Shown: positions 1-12,327 of the stretch, one piece after another
How positions within the stretch are numbered: the first letter of the stretch is position 1
Layout of the letters: each line of letters begins with the position of its first letter
From: Octopus bimaculoides
Taxonomy: Eukaryota
Length of the DNA stretch: 51,888 nt
Assembly: GCF_001194135.2 (NCBI RefSeq)
Contig: NC_068983.1
Span: 105,996,340-106,048,227 of the forward strand
Reading direction: 5' to 3'
Program-made: the position numbers and the translations under genes
The notes under the pieces: generated by a model
Seen by the model: the letters and a program-made list of their open reading frames with translations, nothing else
The model's database searches: none
What the model was told of the DNA's origin: nothing

Positions 1-648
1 AAACGGGTGAAATGGAAATAAATACGTAAGCAGAGTACATACACTTATTTATTAGTAAAAAAAAAAGAAAAAAAAAACTCCTGGCCTTCTTGTCACTTAT
101 GTAGTTTCACATCTAGTACATATTTATAGACGTGTATGTGTCGGGTTGGTTGGGATCATTATATCTCTCACTCTCTCATATATATGCATACACTCACACA
201 CACACCGAAATATTCAAGTTACAGAAATTCTGATCAATTTAACAAGTTTTAAACCTAAAATCACGGTGCGTTTTTTTTTTTTTTCGAACAGTGCCAACAC
301 TTATATGTTCTCTCTTTCATTATGTTTGTATGCGTAATGATTCTACTGATCTTGCTATTTATTGCCCCCCCTCCACTCACTTTCCAGCATATACCCACTC
401 TCTCCTCAGCATCTCCTGAATTCGTTTGCGCGTGCACCAATTCAACTTATCTTGGCCTGGCCACTTCCTTCCTCTCTATCATTTATATCAATATGTCCAA
501 AGTAATAAGACAACAACATTTTATTGAATGAGAACGTCACTACTTTCCTCGAATTCTACTGTTTGATATGGATTGACTGCTTGTCTGTTGCCGTCACTAT
601 TGAATTTAACTAATCAGGTGTGCATTAAAGTACATTAGTCTTATTCAA

Positions 649-1040
649 CATGACAGAAAAAAGGTCATCGTAAAGTTTATGTTGGCTTTTAAAGTTAATA
701 TTTTACAAAGCTAGATAGCTAAAAGTATTAAAGCTTCCAATGTCTACAGTAGAAACAATTTATCACAAAGATAAAAATCAAATCAAGTGTTCAAGCAGCA
801 ACTCTGTTAAGTACGAATGTTTTTCGTAGAACTGAAGTTATACCTAAAATACAAAGGCTCGTAAGTGTGTAGATCGATGATCAGACTGGACGTAATGTAC
901 CGATAAATACGATGGTCATTTTAACCAAATCTAAAAGTTTGTTCAACGATTTACAGGAAGTTCTTGCTAATAAAGGCTGGTTTGATAAGTTCAAGAGACG
1001 CCTTAATCTACGCAACATTAAAATCATGAACAGTGGAGTG
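649..1040 (+). pseudogene. Tigger/pogo-type transposase N-terminal remnant (CENP-B-like HTH DNA-binding region), decayed
   Basis: Manual translation gives LPMSTVETIYHKDK (ATG 740), then after a frameshift EVIPKIQRLVSV*IDDQTGRNVPINTMVILTKSKSLFNDLQEVLANKGWFDKFKRRLNLRNIKI. This fits the pogo/Tigger pattern WI.DQ...KA..LF...(A)S.GWF.RFK.R..L.NIK. TAG replaces the Trp codon at 870-872. Truncated by (TG)n at 1046; no TIR found. Confidence 0.8.
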
Positions 1041-1044
1041 CCAG

Positions 1045-1045
<1 letters not shown>

Positions 1046-1080
<35 letters not shown>
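1046..1080. repeat. (TG)n microsatellite
   Basis: Direct reading. Confidence 0.99.
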
Positions 1081-1083
<3 letters not shown>

Positions 1084-2424
1084 AAACTCCTAAATATTCT
1101 GGCAAGGAGTTTAACTACAGTTAAAAGCAAGCCCATGAGAAAGCTTCTTCATGATCACTTGCCTACTAGAAATATCAACCAAATATCCATTAAAAAAAAT
1201 CACTCTACTGCCTTATATAAAGAAGGATACATTGTACATTCTAGTAGTTCGTGATATACAAACAGATAGGTTGGTTATGGCGGTAACGTCTAATATCTGC
1301 TTGATCAGAGTTGATTTGGAGTTGAACAATCAAGAATAGAATTGACGGAAAATTTAGAGGGGCATTAACAAACGTTATAGCTCGGAACGTGGCACAAACG
1401 AATAAAAACCCTCAGTATTGCGTGATCCGATAGTGCTATTAAGAAATAATATAACTATGTATTATACAATCAGTTGTAAGCGTGCTTTCATGTACGTGTA
1501 TACCGGAGATCAGGAGGAAGCTAACAAAAGTTAGGGAGTGAGAGGAACAACAGAATCAAAAGGACAGGGGGCTGACATGACCAGGGAATGGGAACGACCA
1601 GTTTTACATCAATGATTTAGATTGAATTACATAAAAAAAACAAAAAACAGGAATATGGAGTGCTGATATGTAAACTCACTTAGCCATTGTAGTAAAATAT
1701 AAAAGAAGAAAAAAAGGCGACTAGGATGCAAGCTAACGAAATGAGAAACAGTAGCAAAGAATGAAACAGAACTATGATAGCGAGCGGTAGTAAAAAAAAA
1801 AAAACCCCAGAAAATTAGGCTGGGATGAACTACATCAGCTTATAATTTATCTAGTTGATGTATTTATTTATTTCGTTTGTCTGTTTCTTCCCTTTTTATG
1901 ATATTATGTTTGGTTACTTATTCTCTTATTTTTTCATACCATAAGATATAATTTCACTTCGATCAAATAAACGTCATAATCTCGATAAAGATATGCTTTC
2001 AAAAGACTGCATTAAAAGTTTTATTTCTATTAAGCACAACATTAAAATATTGAATGAATTTAGCCCACAGGAATTTAATAAACTTCGGTATACTGCGCTT
2101 GAAACATACATAAGTCTTGCTGTGGCATGAGTATATATATAAGACTATATGTTACTAACATGTAAATAAGCTTTGGTCAAATTAATTTCTTCCTAATGTT
2201 CAACATTATTGAATGAAACACTACAAGGCTAAAGAGAACAATAACCAAACGAATATTTTTAAAGCAAATTTAAACATTACTGCAACACCGACACGATGAT
2301 ATGCATAAACACTGCCTTTTCCTCCAGACCTAACAAGTAAAATAAAAAAGGGAAAAAGTATTATTGACTTTATTCTGTCTTTTTTACTCGAATCTAACAT
2401 TGATTAAAAGTTTGATATATTTCC

Positions 2425-2966
2425 GGATCTTTTTTGAAACGGGGGCCACATTTTTCATTAACGAAACACTTTGAAACTTGGAACACTGGTAGAATGTGTC
2501 ATATAAAACATCTTTTTCTCTTAGTCTTCTTAAAAAAAAAAGAAATCCATAAATTATTCCATGTTAAAGTTGTCGTATTTCTGTAATTTCAACCAATCAC
2601 TGACGTCCATTCAGCCGATATACATTAAGCGCCGACTACATAAACAAACGATTCTGAAACAATTAACCCTAACCCTAACGTTAGGGTTACGGTTAAAGCA
2701 AATTTAAAATGAAAAAAGCGAATAAAACGAAGAATCGTTTGTTTATGTAGTCGGCACTTAATGTATATCGGCTGAATGGACGTCAGTGATTGGTTGAAAT
2801 TATCGAAATAAGACAATTTTTTACATGAAATAAATTCGAATACAAAAATATTTTTCTGTTCTATAACACAAAATAGATAAGTATACGAAGTTTGAAAGTC
2901 TTTCGGTACCAAAAACACTACGTAAAACATTAATGAAAAATGTGGCCCCCGTTTTAAAAAAGATCC
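2425..2966 (-). mobile_element. MITE family 1, copy 1 (GGATC termini, 8-bp TSD; Merlin-like non-autonomous DNA transposon)
   Basis: TIRs GGATCTTTTTTGAAACGGGGGCCACATTTTTCATTAA / TAATGAAAAATGTGGCCCCCGTTTTAAAAAAGATCC. Perfect TSD ATATTTCC at 2417-2424 and 2967-2974. Orientation is opposite to copies 2-4 (strand label arbitrary). Merlin assignment is inferred from 5'-GG termini plus 8-bp TSD. Confidence 0.9.
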
Positions 2967-4659
2967 ATATTTCCTATCAGAGACACTAGAGACATATCTT
3001 TTAAAGCACCTAAGTTTTCAGTTATTTCTTACTGATAATTGTTGGTTAGTTAGTAAATGGAAAGTGTTCAATAACAACAAAGGAAGAATAGTTTTTGATG
3101 CGTAAGAAGTGAGTAACCTTTAAGATTTTCCTACGCTAAATTTCCTAAGTTCCAGAGAACCATGTACATATTCGATAGGTAAAAAAAAAACAACCAAAGA
3201 AATAACCCACATAATTTCATAATAAAATAAATTATTTCATTTTCATGAAGTACTATTTCGTTCTTGATTTCCAAAACTTAAAATAACTTTCCATTAACTT
3301 AAAATAAAAAAAAAAGAACAAATTACTTAATTATTTGGAGATACATTTAACTTTATAAATTGATAAAAAGAAATTAAACAAATAACCGAGGTCAATTTCT
3401 CAGAGACACCTTCAACATGAAAAATGACAGTTAAGTTTGTGCTAGCATATTCAATGTAGTGAGCATTAAATACCTGATTTAACTAGTGTAAAGCCTTCAA
3501 AGCTACTAGCAATTGCAAAACGATAAAATAATGTTATGAAGATCAAGTAGAATCGATTCTTTTTCAAAGTTACTTCCTTGCTTGCACAAAGACCACCAAA
3601 TAATAACGCGTTTTACGATTTGTTTCCATTTGCAGTAAAGTAAGAGGTGCTTCTTGAAAACTAGTTCATTCTGCAGAGTATGTGGAACAAAAAGATGACA
3701 AACGAGCGTGTACTATTAAAATGATTGACCCAGATTACTTTAATATGGCAACGAATAAACAGTGAATACTTTACAAATTTAACTTACAACATAGCAATCT
3801 GTTGTCTCAGGCTTAAGTTATTTTCTAGACAGTAGAGGGAAATGAGTATGAGTGGACAGTGGTGGGGGTAGAAAAAAGTACAATTAAAACAAAAAATCGG
3901 AAATGTACATGATCAGGGAGGAGAACTCACTGGAAAAAAATGCTCGAGTAACAAGAAAGGAAAACGAGAAGGAAGAAAGAATTTAAATGCACTTAGGAGA
4001 AAAATCTTCTACTTGCAGAATCTAAACAAGGTTAAATGATTTAACTAAATACGCCATTTCTATTGAATATTTCAATTATAATGGTGACGATGTAGGAGGA
4101 GGGAGGGAGGCAAAAATGAAAGTAGAAACAGGGAGATATTGTTTGTTACAATGACAGGATGGGAGAAGAATGGTAAAAATGTTCGCTATGAACTTCTCTA
4201 CTACTTGCAGAACAAGAAGTTTTATGCATCAACCGACCCACTATTTAAGGTTCCATATATCTAAAACGACAGTAATGATAGCAAAAGCAAGAACAGCTAT
4301 TGAAACTACTAGTTGGTGGCAATTAAAGTGATGATAACACTGGAAAAAAAAAGAAGAAAAACCGTAAAGATAGGCTATCATAATGAATATATGAATACTT
4401 CCACTAAAATAGAAATTATTTAATATTCACATGATGCCAGCGAATTTATTGTACGGTTTCGCACATTTCGCATGCAAATGATGATATCCATATAAATTGA
4501 GGCAGGTTTTCTAAGCCAACAACAGTGAAGAATTAGGAAACAAATTCCTACGTCCGATTCAATTTCAATTCAACTTTAACAGTCTGTGTGTCGTAGTGCT
4601 TCTGTTTGGCTGCTATATCAATTAAAAAGATCTGTCTCAAACGAATATTGACTGGAGCT

Positions 4660-4960
4660 TTTTATCCTTCAAGGTTTATTTATCCATATTCATGATATAA
4701 TTACCACGAGAGGTGTAGCGTTTCAGTGGTGATGCCAAGCTTTTGTACATACGTTGTACAAGATTCTACCCTGTAAGGTCTTCCTGGAAACATGGATGAA
4801 GAAGTTCAAGTTTTAATTCAGCTAGAAGTTGTCAAATGACTTAATTTCATTTAGCATACCACTGGAGACGAATATGTGTATACACACACAAAGTATAATG
4901 CTGATATCATATTAACAATTCCAGAGATTGATCTAGTTTAAGGTTATGTAGTCTATAAAC
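4660..4960 (+). mobile_element. Highly decayed CR1/L2-type LINE reverse transcriptase trace
   Basis: ILQGLFIHIHDI (resembles LGPLLFLIYINDL), then after a frameshift FSGDAKLL at 4722-4745 (resembles FADDAKL). The motifs are in the expected order but degenerate. Confidence 0.35.
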
Positions 4961-7049
4961 GACTGAATGTTTTCTAAACTATTTTGAATGTGAGATTCTT
5001 GTAAAGAAAATATAACGAATTCCTTGAATGTTATTGTGTAGGAAAGATTTAATACAGAGTAAAAAGAAGTGTTAATTTCATATACATTGCAGCTTTAAAT
5101 TAAGAATTAATAACAAGACAATATTCAGCCCATCATATAATTACGGTGCTATTTAGAAGTCACCTAATGGAAGACGGAATAAATCTCTCAGAATTGAACA
5201 AAACTGCTTTTTAAAAATCATAAATTTAGTGATTATTTTAGGAGTTAGCAAAAATTTGCCAAGAATTTTACAATCTTGCTTAATTATCTCGGATCTAGCT
5301 CGTAAGCTGCCTATAAAAGAAATTGTTCTCATTTTTTCGTAAACAACAATAACAACAAAAATTCTCTAAAATAGTAAGTCATTAATGATATATTGTCCAT
5401 TTCAGAAGATACGGATCCAAGGAGGTTAACCGGAAATTATAACAATTACTGAAATTAGCATTCTCCAATAAGCAACGTATGGTAGAATTTAGGACGACTC
5501 TCTAATACTAACTAGTCTTGTCTGAACAACTACTTGGATTAAATACAATGAATATTTGAATACGAAGGGTGAAAGAGTAGAGAGCAAGAACTTCAGGAGA
5601 TCCCGTATTTGATCTATTACTCTGAACTATTATGGTATTTCTAAGATAAATAGGTTAGAGAGTGGGGGAAGAGAGAGAAAACAAGTGTTTCGAAATTATT
5701 GGCTTGTGACGACTTCCCTATTTTATTTTTCTTGTAATATGTATCTCTGATATTTTCTTTGACTCTAATCCATGTAGAACTGCTCAAAGTGAGTTAAAAA
5801 ATAGCCTGCTAACTCCATCACGACTAACAGTGAGAAAAAAAAGAGCATCAAATTCACTTACATAGTAAATTCTAATAAAAAAAAAAGCGGGGGTTGAGTT
5901 GATTATTTTTAATAATAGCAATATCAGAAATAATCAAAGTCATCTTTTCATTATTGAAATATGTTGTCTCTTGAGATTAGTTTACTACATCTTTAATATT
6001 CGACATTGAATAACAGAATCATTGAACAATTCTGTTATGTTCAATAGTAAATAATTGATTGTATTAGAACTAGAAATTTTACCAAACTATTTTTGATCAA
6101 TATATCAGCTGAAGATGAAAATCCAGTTAAGCTATTTATCAGGCAACAGATAAAAAAGAAATATAAATTATGAAAACAGGAATCTAATAAAATATGCAGA
6201 GTTTCTTCCTGGTGTCTCTGATAGGAAATATATCAAACTCGAGTAAAAAAGACAGAATAAAGTCAATAATACATTTTGTCTTTTTTTTTACTTGTTGGGT
6301 CTGGAGGAAAAGGCAGTGTTTATCACTTTCGCAGTCCCTTTAAGACTAGTTGAGACTGATGCCATTAATGTTCCTCTTAAACATTTGCAAATCAATATTT
6401 GCAGGAAAGAAATGAGCAAGAAGGTAATTCCAGAACCCGACATTATAGGAAGGACTGGGCGTAATAATTAGTGCAAAAGCACAGGGTGGGGTGGACATGA
6501 AAAGGGTGATGAAAGAAGGAGGGAGAGGCTAGTGGGTTGGGAATGCCTGAAGCCTAAAATTCTCAAAGTATACTGAAGTTAATATAAAGTAAAACGAAAC
6601 AGAAGATGGAGTGACTCAGTCATTATCTTTGAGTATGTAGTTACCGCCCTTATTATCAGGGTTTTGCTTTCCTCTGAAAGTGAAATATCACCGAAATTAT
6701 CCCTATATATACTACTCCCATAGGATTCATAATTTCATAAAGTTCTAAAAGCGGATATCTCCTTTTGATAAGCCTGTATGCCTTATCTTCAAAAGAAGAT
6801 ATCTACTTTATCTTTCCTTTATGAGAATAAAGCAAATAAAAAATTTGCCTTTTGATTTATGTTATCTTCGTTTTACTCTAAAGAACGGAAAATGACAGGT
6901 GAAGTTTCTTAATGTAGGATGAACTCTTTTATTCTATTAACCCGAACAAAATGTTTCTGGAATTATAAGATTTTACCATAACAATTGCCGTTCACTCACA
7001 CTGACTTCATGAATTTTAATTTTGGTCTTTATATTTTTAATTAGTATAA

Positions 7050-7257
7050 TAGGTTTAATATTGGTTGTAACAATTTTAAAGAGGTAGATAAGTCGATTAC
7101 ATCAACTCCAGTGTTCAAATGGTACTTATTTTATCGATCACGAAAGGATGGAAAGCAAAGTCGACCTTGGTGAAATTTGAACTCAGAATGTAACGAGTCG
7201 GAAAAATGCGTAAAGTATTTTGTCCGACACACGAACGAGTCTGTCAGCTCACCCCTT
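7050..7257 (-). mobile_element. SINE-A (tRNA-derived SINE)
   Basis: Shares the block GGTACTTATTTTATCGA..CGAAAGGATG..AAAGTCGACC..GGTGAAATTTGAACTCAGAA with at least 8 other copies in the window. Minus strand carries a B-box-like GAGTTCAAAT. Confidence 0.85.
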
Positions 7258-7619
7258 TACTCATCTTTATTGATGGAAAAACAAAATAGTGTTTGTATTC
7301 ATACAATTCTCCTTTCTTCTATATAGAAGTTTAAAACTCATAATTTTATGAAACCTAGCAATATTTTTCGATTCTTAAAAAAAACCCTCCCCTCACCTTA
7401 TAGATGTAGTGGGGTGGGGCGCTAATTCACTTGAATGACAAACACCGATCTAATCCATCACTATATTTGTCATAATGACAATAACCAGACACAAAGCACT
7501 AAAACATTAGCGCTACACAATACGATACAAATAAGAACATGTAAATCATAAAATGTCTCATTTTTATCAATGAAATATTCATTACATGCCTCTGGGTAAA
7601 CTATGGACTAATTTACTGG

Positions 7620-7995
7620 AGTATGATTGATGTTGATGATGATGATGATGAAAGCGGATGAAGAAGAAGCTGAATATATTTTGTAAAACAACAAACGATA
7701 CCCTGTACACAGTTTATAAAATATCGTTTGATGGTGATGATGATGGTGGTATTGATGATAACAGTAATAATGAAAATAAAAGTGGTAGTAATGATGATAT
7801 TGCTTGTGGTGGTGGTGGTGGTGGTGGTGAGATGATAATGATAATGATGACTATAGTAATGATAACTGTTGACTGGCGACGACGGTGACGAAGATGATCT
7901 CGTCGATGGTTCTTTTGTGATTGTTGTAATGATGATAATCATGATGATGACGTTAACTTTGAGATTGGTGATTGTAATGAAGAAGGATTGTTGTG
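7620..7995. repeat. Mosaic trinucleotide low-complexity tract (GAT/GGT/AAT)
   Basis: Direct reading. Explains the ORFs at 7613-7942 and 7658-7888. Confidence 0.9.
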
Positions 7996-8959
7996 GGCCT
8001 TGCGGTGGGAGCGTTGACTGCGCGAAACAATGAACTCTTGCAGGCGATTTCCTTTCTACATCTACCCATGCAGTAAAACATGTGAATAGTTAGCTTATCT
8101 GCTGGCAACACACACACACAGAAATTGTTTCTCTTCAATTTGGTTCCGAGTATTTTATTTTCATTCTTTGTGTTGCAATTTTTTTTACCCTCTATTTCTA
8201 CAATTGGAATATTTCTTCTCTACTGCAATTACCAATCCTCCTACACATATTTCACGGTAATTTATTCAATAAAATAGGCTTTTGTTTTCATTTGATAGAG
8301 AAACATGCCTGTAACTATCACGGCAAAAAAACAAAAAAACAATCTCACCCTGCATCACTTTAAATTTTAAAAAATACCGAAATCTGTGTTAGTTTACTAT
8401 ACAAATTTGATAATTTATATTAGTGAATAAGTAATATTATATATAATTTAATACAAGAACGTTTATATTCGTGCAAACATTTTCGAAACCCGATGAAACA
8501 ACAAAACTTGAGGACCCAGTCATGAAGAAAACTATTTTTCGCAAAGAACAGCAGTGATTAGAAAAAGAACATTCATAAGAATATTGGGTGCCGGTGTAGT
8601 ATGTGATCTGCATGCCATTATGATCTGCAGCAACTTAAATCTAGACTAGCTTGTGATCTACATTCAAAATTTTGTTATAAATTTGCAATCATAATTAGAG
8701 GAGTGAATTAAACATTTTCGACAGTTCCTACAATTTGTCCTCTGTTAACGACAGACCCAATTGAGGAGCAGAATTCTCTGCACATATTGAACCAGTCGCA
8801 TATAGTCCTCCTGCCCCTTCCAGTTATTTCTTAAGTTAAATTAAGTGAGTGATCTTTTTACAAAATAAAAAAGACCAATTCCAAAATTTCGCAAAGTCAG
8901 TTTACAATTGATTTTCCTATTCAAGTCAGTGTAATGGAAAAACATAAATATATGAATTT

Positions 8960-9065
8960 TAAATGTAGATCAAAAAGTCGGTGTAGATCACAAACTATAC
9001 CATTTGAACTAACATAGATTACAGGCTATACCAGAAACATGTATGTAGATCACATACTACACCGG
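8960..9065. repeat. Degenerate short tandem repeat (recurring TGTAGATCACA.ACTA(T/C)ACC unit)
   Basis: TGTAGATCA occurs three times, plus a variant CATAGATTACAGGCTATACC. Confidence 0.6.
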
Positions 9066-9166
9066 CAACGAAATATTGCTTCTTAATTTAATGTTAAAAT
9101 TACGACATTGTAGCTTAAGTAAACTCGACGTGATAAATTAAAAGGATTCTTTAAGAAAAATATGCG

Positions 9167-9362
9167 TTTATCTTTTACTTGTTTCAATAATTAGACTACG
9201 GCCTTGAAGGATTTAGTCCAACGAATCAGTCCTAGTGCTTATTATTAGTTTTTAAAGCCTGGTACTTATTCTATCGGGTTCTTTTACCGAACCACTAATT
9301 TACAGAGACGTAAAGACGTCTAACACCAGTTGTCAAGCAGTGGTGGGAGACAAACACAGACA
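9167..9362 (-). mobile_element. 3' extension segment of composite SINE-B
   Basis: TTTTACTTGTTTCA..GACTACGGCC..CCTGGTACTTATTCTATCGG..GTTGTCAAGC..GACAAACACAGAC matches 13622-13755, 29197-29370 and, reverse-complemented, 45945-46119. Confidence 0.8.
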
Positions 9363-9520
9363 TAATCCCCACCACCCATATATATATATATGACAAAAGC
9401 CCCTCGGTTATATGTTTCAGTTTTTTTTTTTTCACATTTTACTTGTTTCAGTCATTGAAAAATTTTTAGTTGAACGTTTCGACGCCAGAATTTAAAAAAG
9501 CTTTTTACTTGTTGCATTTA

Positions 9521-9727
9521 CTGAGAGAAACCGTTAGCACGTCGAACAAAATGCTTAGCGGCATTTCGTCCGTTTTTACGCTCTGACTTTAAATTTCGCC
9601 GAGGTCGACTTTGGCTTTTGTCCTTTCAGAGTCGATAAAGTACCAGCCAAGTACTGAGATCGATGTTATCGACTTCTCCTTTCCCTCAAAAACTACTAGC
9701 CCTATGCCAAAATTTGAAACCGTTATT
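9521..9727 (+). mobile_element. SINE-A
   Basis: CCGTTAGCACGTCGAACAAAATGCTTAGCGGCATTTCG..GAGGTCGACTTTGGC..GTCGATAAAGTACCAG..AAAATTTGAAACC; homologous to 47588-47793. Confidence 0.85.
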
Positions 9728-11639
9728 ACGTTCCATGCTAACGATCTTGCTACTCTACTGCCTTTTAAATATAAGTTAAATACAATCAAATGATAACTTG
9801 AAAAATAATGTAGTCACATTGTATTAATGAACACAATGACCCCGAATGATATGCAATTATATAACAAAGTATACTATAAACCATGATTGAAAAGGCGTAA
9901 GATTCAGTTAATGTCATTATACCATGAAAAGGCAGCAAGTTAGCCTAAAGTTAACACCCTACAAGCAACAGCAATAATAAAATGATGTCATAATTAAGTG
10001 AAACAAGATAACATTTTGAGTTATCAGAGATCCCCTGTCCCTCTCTACATGTTACACACATTCATTATTACATGCGCACGCGACACGCGTGTGTTCGCAG
10101 AATAAAGTTTCCATTATATCAACATTTTCGTATTTTTACTATTTGATTCTAGTATTATTAATCTACATATACTCTTGTGTCAACAATTACTTCTGGGTTC
10201 TAGTGCAGGAGATGGTACTCTGTAGAACAGAAAATGACATAAGACGTTAGGTCTTTCATTCAATAAAGATGCCTCTTGTGTAAATATGTCGAAAATTGGG
10301 AACTGTCTGTGAGTACAAAGAACGTCGCCATAGACCCTCCATCCCTAAACCCAATCTAAAGCTAATTGTTTCATATATATATGTGTGTGTGTGTGTATGT
10401 GTGTGTGTGTATTATGTATGCATGTGTGTGTGAAACACACACGTACTTTGTGATATGTGTGATCATGCTCATATGTGTAGAGTGTTACATATTTATCTAA
10501 ATGGTTATCGTTATCTCAAGTATGCGTACACTTTACGTAACCAGTCCTTCTCATCAAGGAGTGCACAGCTAAATGGCAGAGTGGGCACAGCTGGAAAGGA
10601 GGTCGTTATATAATGTATATATTATACATCTTATTTCGCACTGCTCACCCTTATGCCAGTAACATTCAACTTAACACATCCCACTCACTACTCTCCTTTC
10701 TCACAAAATCTCAGCTTGCCACTTTAAAAAAAAAAGTACCATGCACTTCTTTTATTTTTTTCTCTTTCTCTCTCTAATTTATGTCTCTCTTATAAACCAT
10801 TATGACTGGGTTTCGGTATAGTTTTAACTGTGTGAACAGACTACATTTGAATGATGTTCTTGATTTTATCACACAGTTAAGAGAACTCGGATGACTGAGT
10901 CGAACTACGCAGCGTAGGACCTGTCAAGAAGTCGGCAGTTTATGACCTGTCACCATCACAGCATTGAAATCATTACAAAGATATTTAACTTTCCAGACAC
11001 TCAGAAAGAGAAAACAGCCGAGTTTAACATTAAACAGTGGCATAACGGAAACCCACAGGTGCTTCGGGAGAGAATGTACAAGGCTGAATTCAAATCTTCC
11101 TTTGGGTGGGTCTTGGGTGGGGTACTATTCCAGTTGCTTTAACTCCCCTAAATCACTAAATCAGTATTTTTAAGGGTGGGGTAGGGTGCGGCAGTATTTT
11201 GGTGGAGCGTAGTTTACTTCAGATTGGGACGAAAGTAAGTAAAAAGTGAACACTTGCAACAAAATTTTAATTAAAATTATGTATATGTTATATACTCACT
11301 TTATTTGTTTATTATGGTGGGGTGGGGGAAGTTTTTTGTGAGAAACCGAAGTGGGATATGGGACAAAAAAAAAAGTTGGGAAACACTGTACTAAATTAAG
11401 AGTGAGTCTTTAGCAGTGTCTCAATGTCCCAACAGTGTTACGGAACTAACGACCACCACGTGAGAAATATTTATAGAATTTTGTTTTGTCTTTTAGACTA
11501 TAACATTTTTGAACATTTCTGAGTTTTCGGTAACAACTAAACTTTCCAAACACTTAAGCTTTAGAATGTCTTGCAATCACTAAATAGAATAATAACACTC
11601 CCAAATTTCCTTTCAAAGTCAAAGAAACACTATAACTCT

Positions 11640-12035
11640 GAATAGATACTGGCTCAATGACAAATCACAAACATATCCCATTTTTCGTTACTACTTTCAT
11701 GCCTGGGACGGTACTGCTGCTACACACCCAAACATTACAAACCTCAAACAAAAAGAAAAGCATTCGAATGATGCGCAAACAGTCAATTATTTGTAAATTA
11801 CAACCACCAACTGCCAGATGTAAAGTTTCATCTTTCTTCTTCTACTGTTACTATAACGGCCTTTTCTCATCTGACCAAGAAAGTTGAGTATCACATCCTT
11901 CCTGAATCACTTAATACACTGAACTTTCCTCATCAAGTGCTTCCATCTGTGATTCCACAAACTTCCTTCTCACACAAACTTATACGAAATACATCTCAAT
12001 CATTCTTCTCCAGGATGAAACCCACTGGAATATGG
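11640..12035 (+). mobile_element. L2/CR1-group LINE 3' remnant
   Basis: ORF 11657-11887 ends KKSIRMMRKQSIICKLQPPTARCKVSSFFFYCYYNGLFSS, matching the LINE C-terminal pattern KKAIR.I...LQPL.HRR.V.SLSLFYRYYNG.CSS. FFSR..HWN-like at about 12003-12030. Related to 16565-16850. Confidence 0.65.
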
Positions 12036-12327
12036 GTTATTCGTTAAATTCGCTATACGTGTGATTTTTAAAACTTCATTGTCTATCTTCTATAAATACG
12101 TCTTTAAAAAAAATAAAATATATCTTTCTCGAGATTTCTATGCTCTGAACATCTCAAAAATTCAGAAACTTGAAAAAGAAATTAAAAAACATTTTAAAAA
12201 TAATATAGAATGTACTTTTCTTTTCTTAAAAAGCAAAGAAAGAAACAAAACAATAAGGAACCCCAATCCAATGCTTTAGGAACATATGCATGCATGCGTG
12301 TTGTATGTACGTATTTATACATTTATA

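Noticed and set aside
881-1254. ORFs with poly-HT/CV/YI/ER/LS/T/I runs throughout the window
   Set aside because: These are translations of microsatellites, which lack stop codons in some frames.
11365-11388. hAT-like end AAAAAGTTGGGAAACACTG
   Set aside because: It looks like a Charlie-type TIR, but I found no matching left end or TSD, so no element was delimited.
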